Source: Octopus sinensis
Lineage: Eukaryota
Assembly (NCBI RefSeq): GCF_006345805.1
Contig: NC_043007.1
Span: forward strand, 10,354,001 to 10,418,000
DNA length: 64,000 bases
Reading direction: 5' to 3'
Shown here in pieces: positions 63,740-64,000 of this stretch; within the stretch, counting starts at the first letter, position 1; each line of letters starts with the position of its first letter. The notes beneath the pieces were generated by a model that ran no database searches, was not told the DNA's origin, and worked only from the letters and a program-made list of their open reading frames with translations. The position numbers were made by a program, and so were the translations under genes.

Positions 63740-64000
63740 TCAAAATGCCGATTCTGCAACGACATGATTGAAGCAGTGGACCACCTAATCTCTGGATGTA
63801 AAGTCTTAGCTCCAGTGGAGTATAAATTAAGACATGACAGAGTTGGCCAATATCTACACTGGCTAATAAGTCGGCATTACAATATCAAAACTGCCGACAA
63901 GTGGTATAATCACCACCCTGAGGCTGTAACTGAAGGAGAAAATGTAACCATTCTGTGGGACTTTCCAATACATACAGACCGAACCATCAAGGCCAATAAA
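63740..64000 (+). mobile_element. R4-like fragment running off the window
   Basis: KCRFC....EAVDHLISGC..LA..EY..RHDRVGQYLHW...ILWDFPIHTDRTIKAN. Confidence 0.85.

Overview
AT-rich, repeat-saturated animal genomic DNA, most likely a coleoid cephalopod (octopus-like); this is inferred from the SINE families and microsatellite load, not from a database hit. The only intact host coding sequences I can support are two paralogous single-coding-exon class A (rhodopsin-like) GPCRs on the minus strand (11334-12545, 51606-52823). Both have a conserved splice acceptor 37-38 nt upstream of the ATG. Three homologous copies of a ~110-145 bp non-coding module ending in a minus-strand GTAAGT donor (near 0.9, 24.1 and 39.9 kb) look like the 5'-UTR first exons of this GPCR array. 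The 39.9 kb copy has no coding exon of its own, and a SINE insertion duplicated its donor. The rest is mobile DNA: many R4/Dong-like retroelements embedded in (TAA)n tracts, L1-Tx1 and CR1-group LINE remnants, a composite Penelope-like locus flanked by two hammerhead-ribozyme-like motifs and a direct repeat, a Chapaev3 transposon with a nested Tc1, three mariners, a Helitron-type element, tRNA-derived SINEs (with 184-bp-period concatemers at three loci), foldback palindromes and local duplications. No rRNA, true tRNA gene or CRISPR array is supported. TE boundaries without a cited TIR or TSD are approximate, and all identities are estimated by eye.
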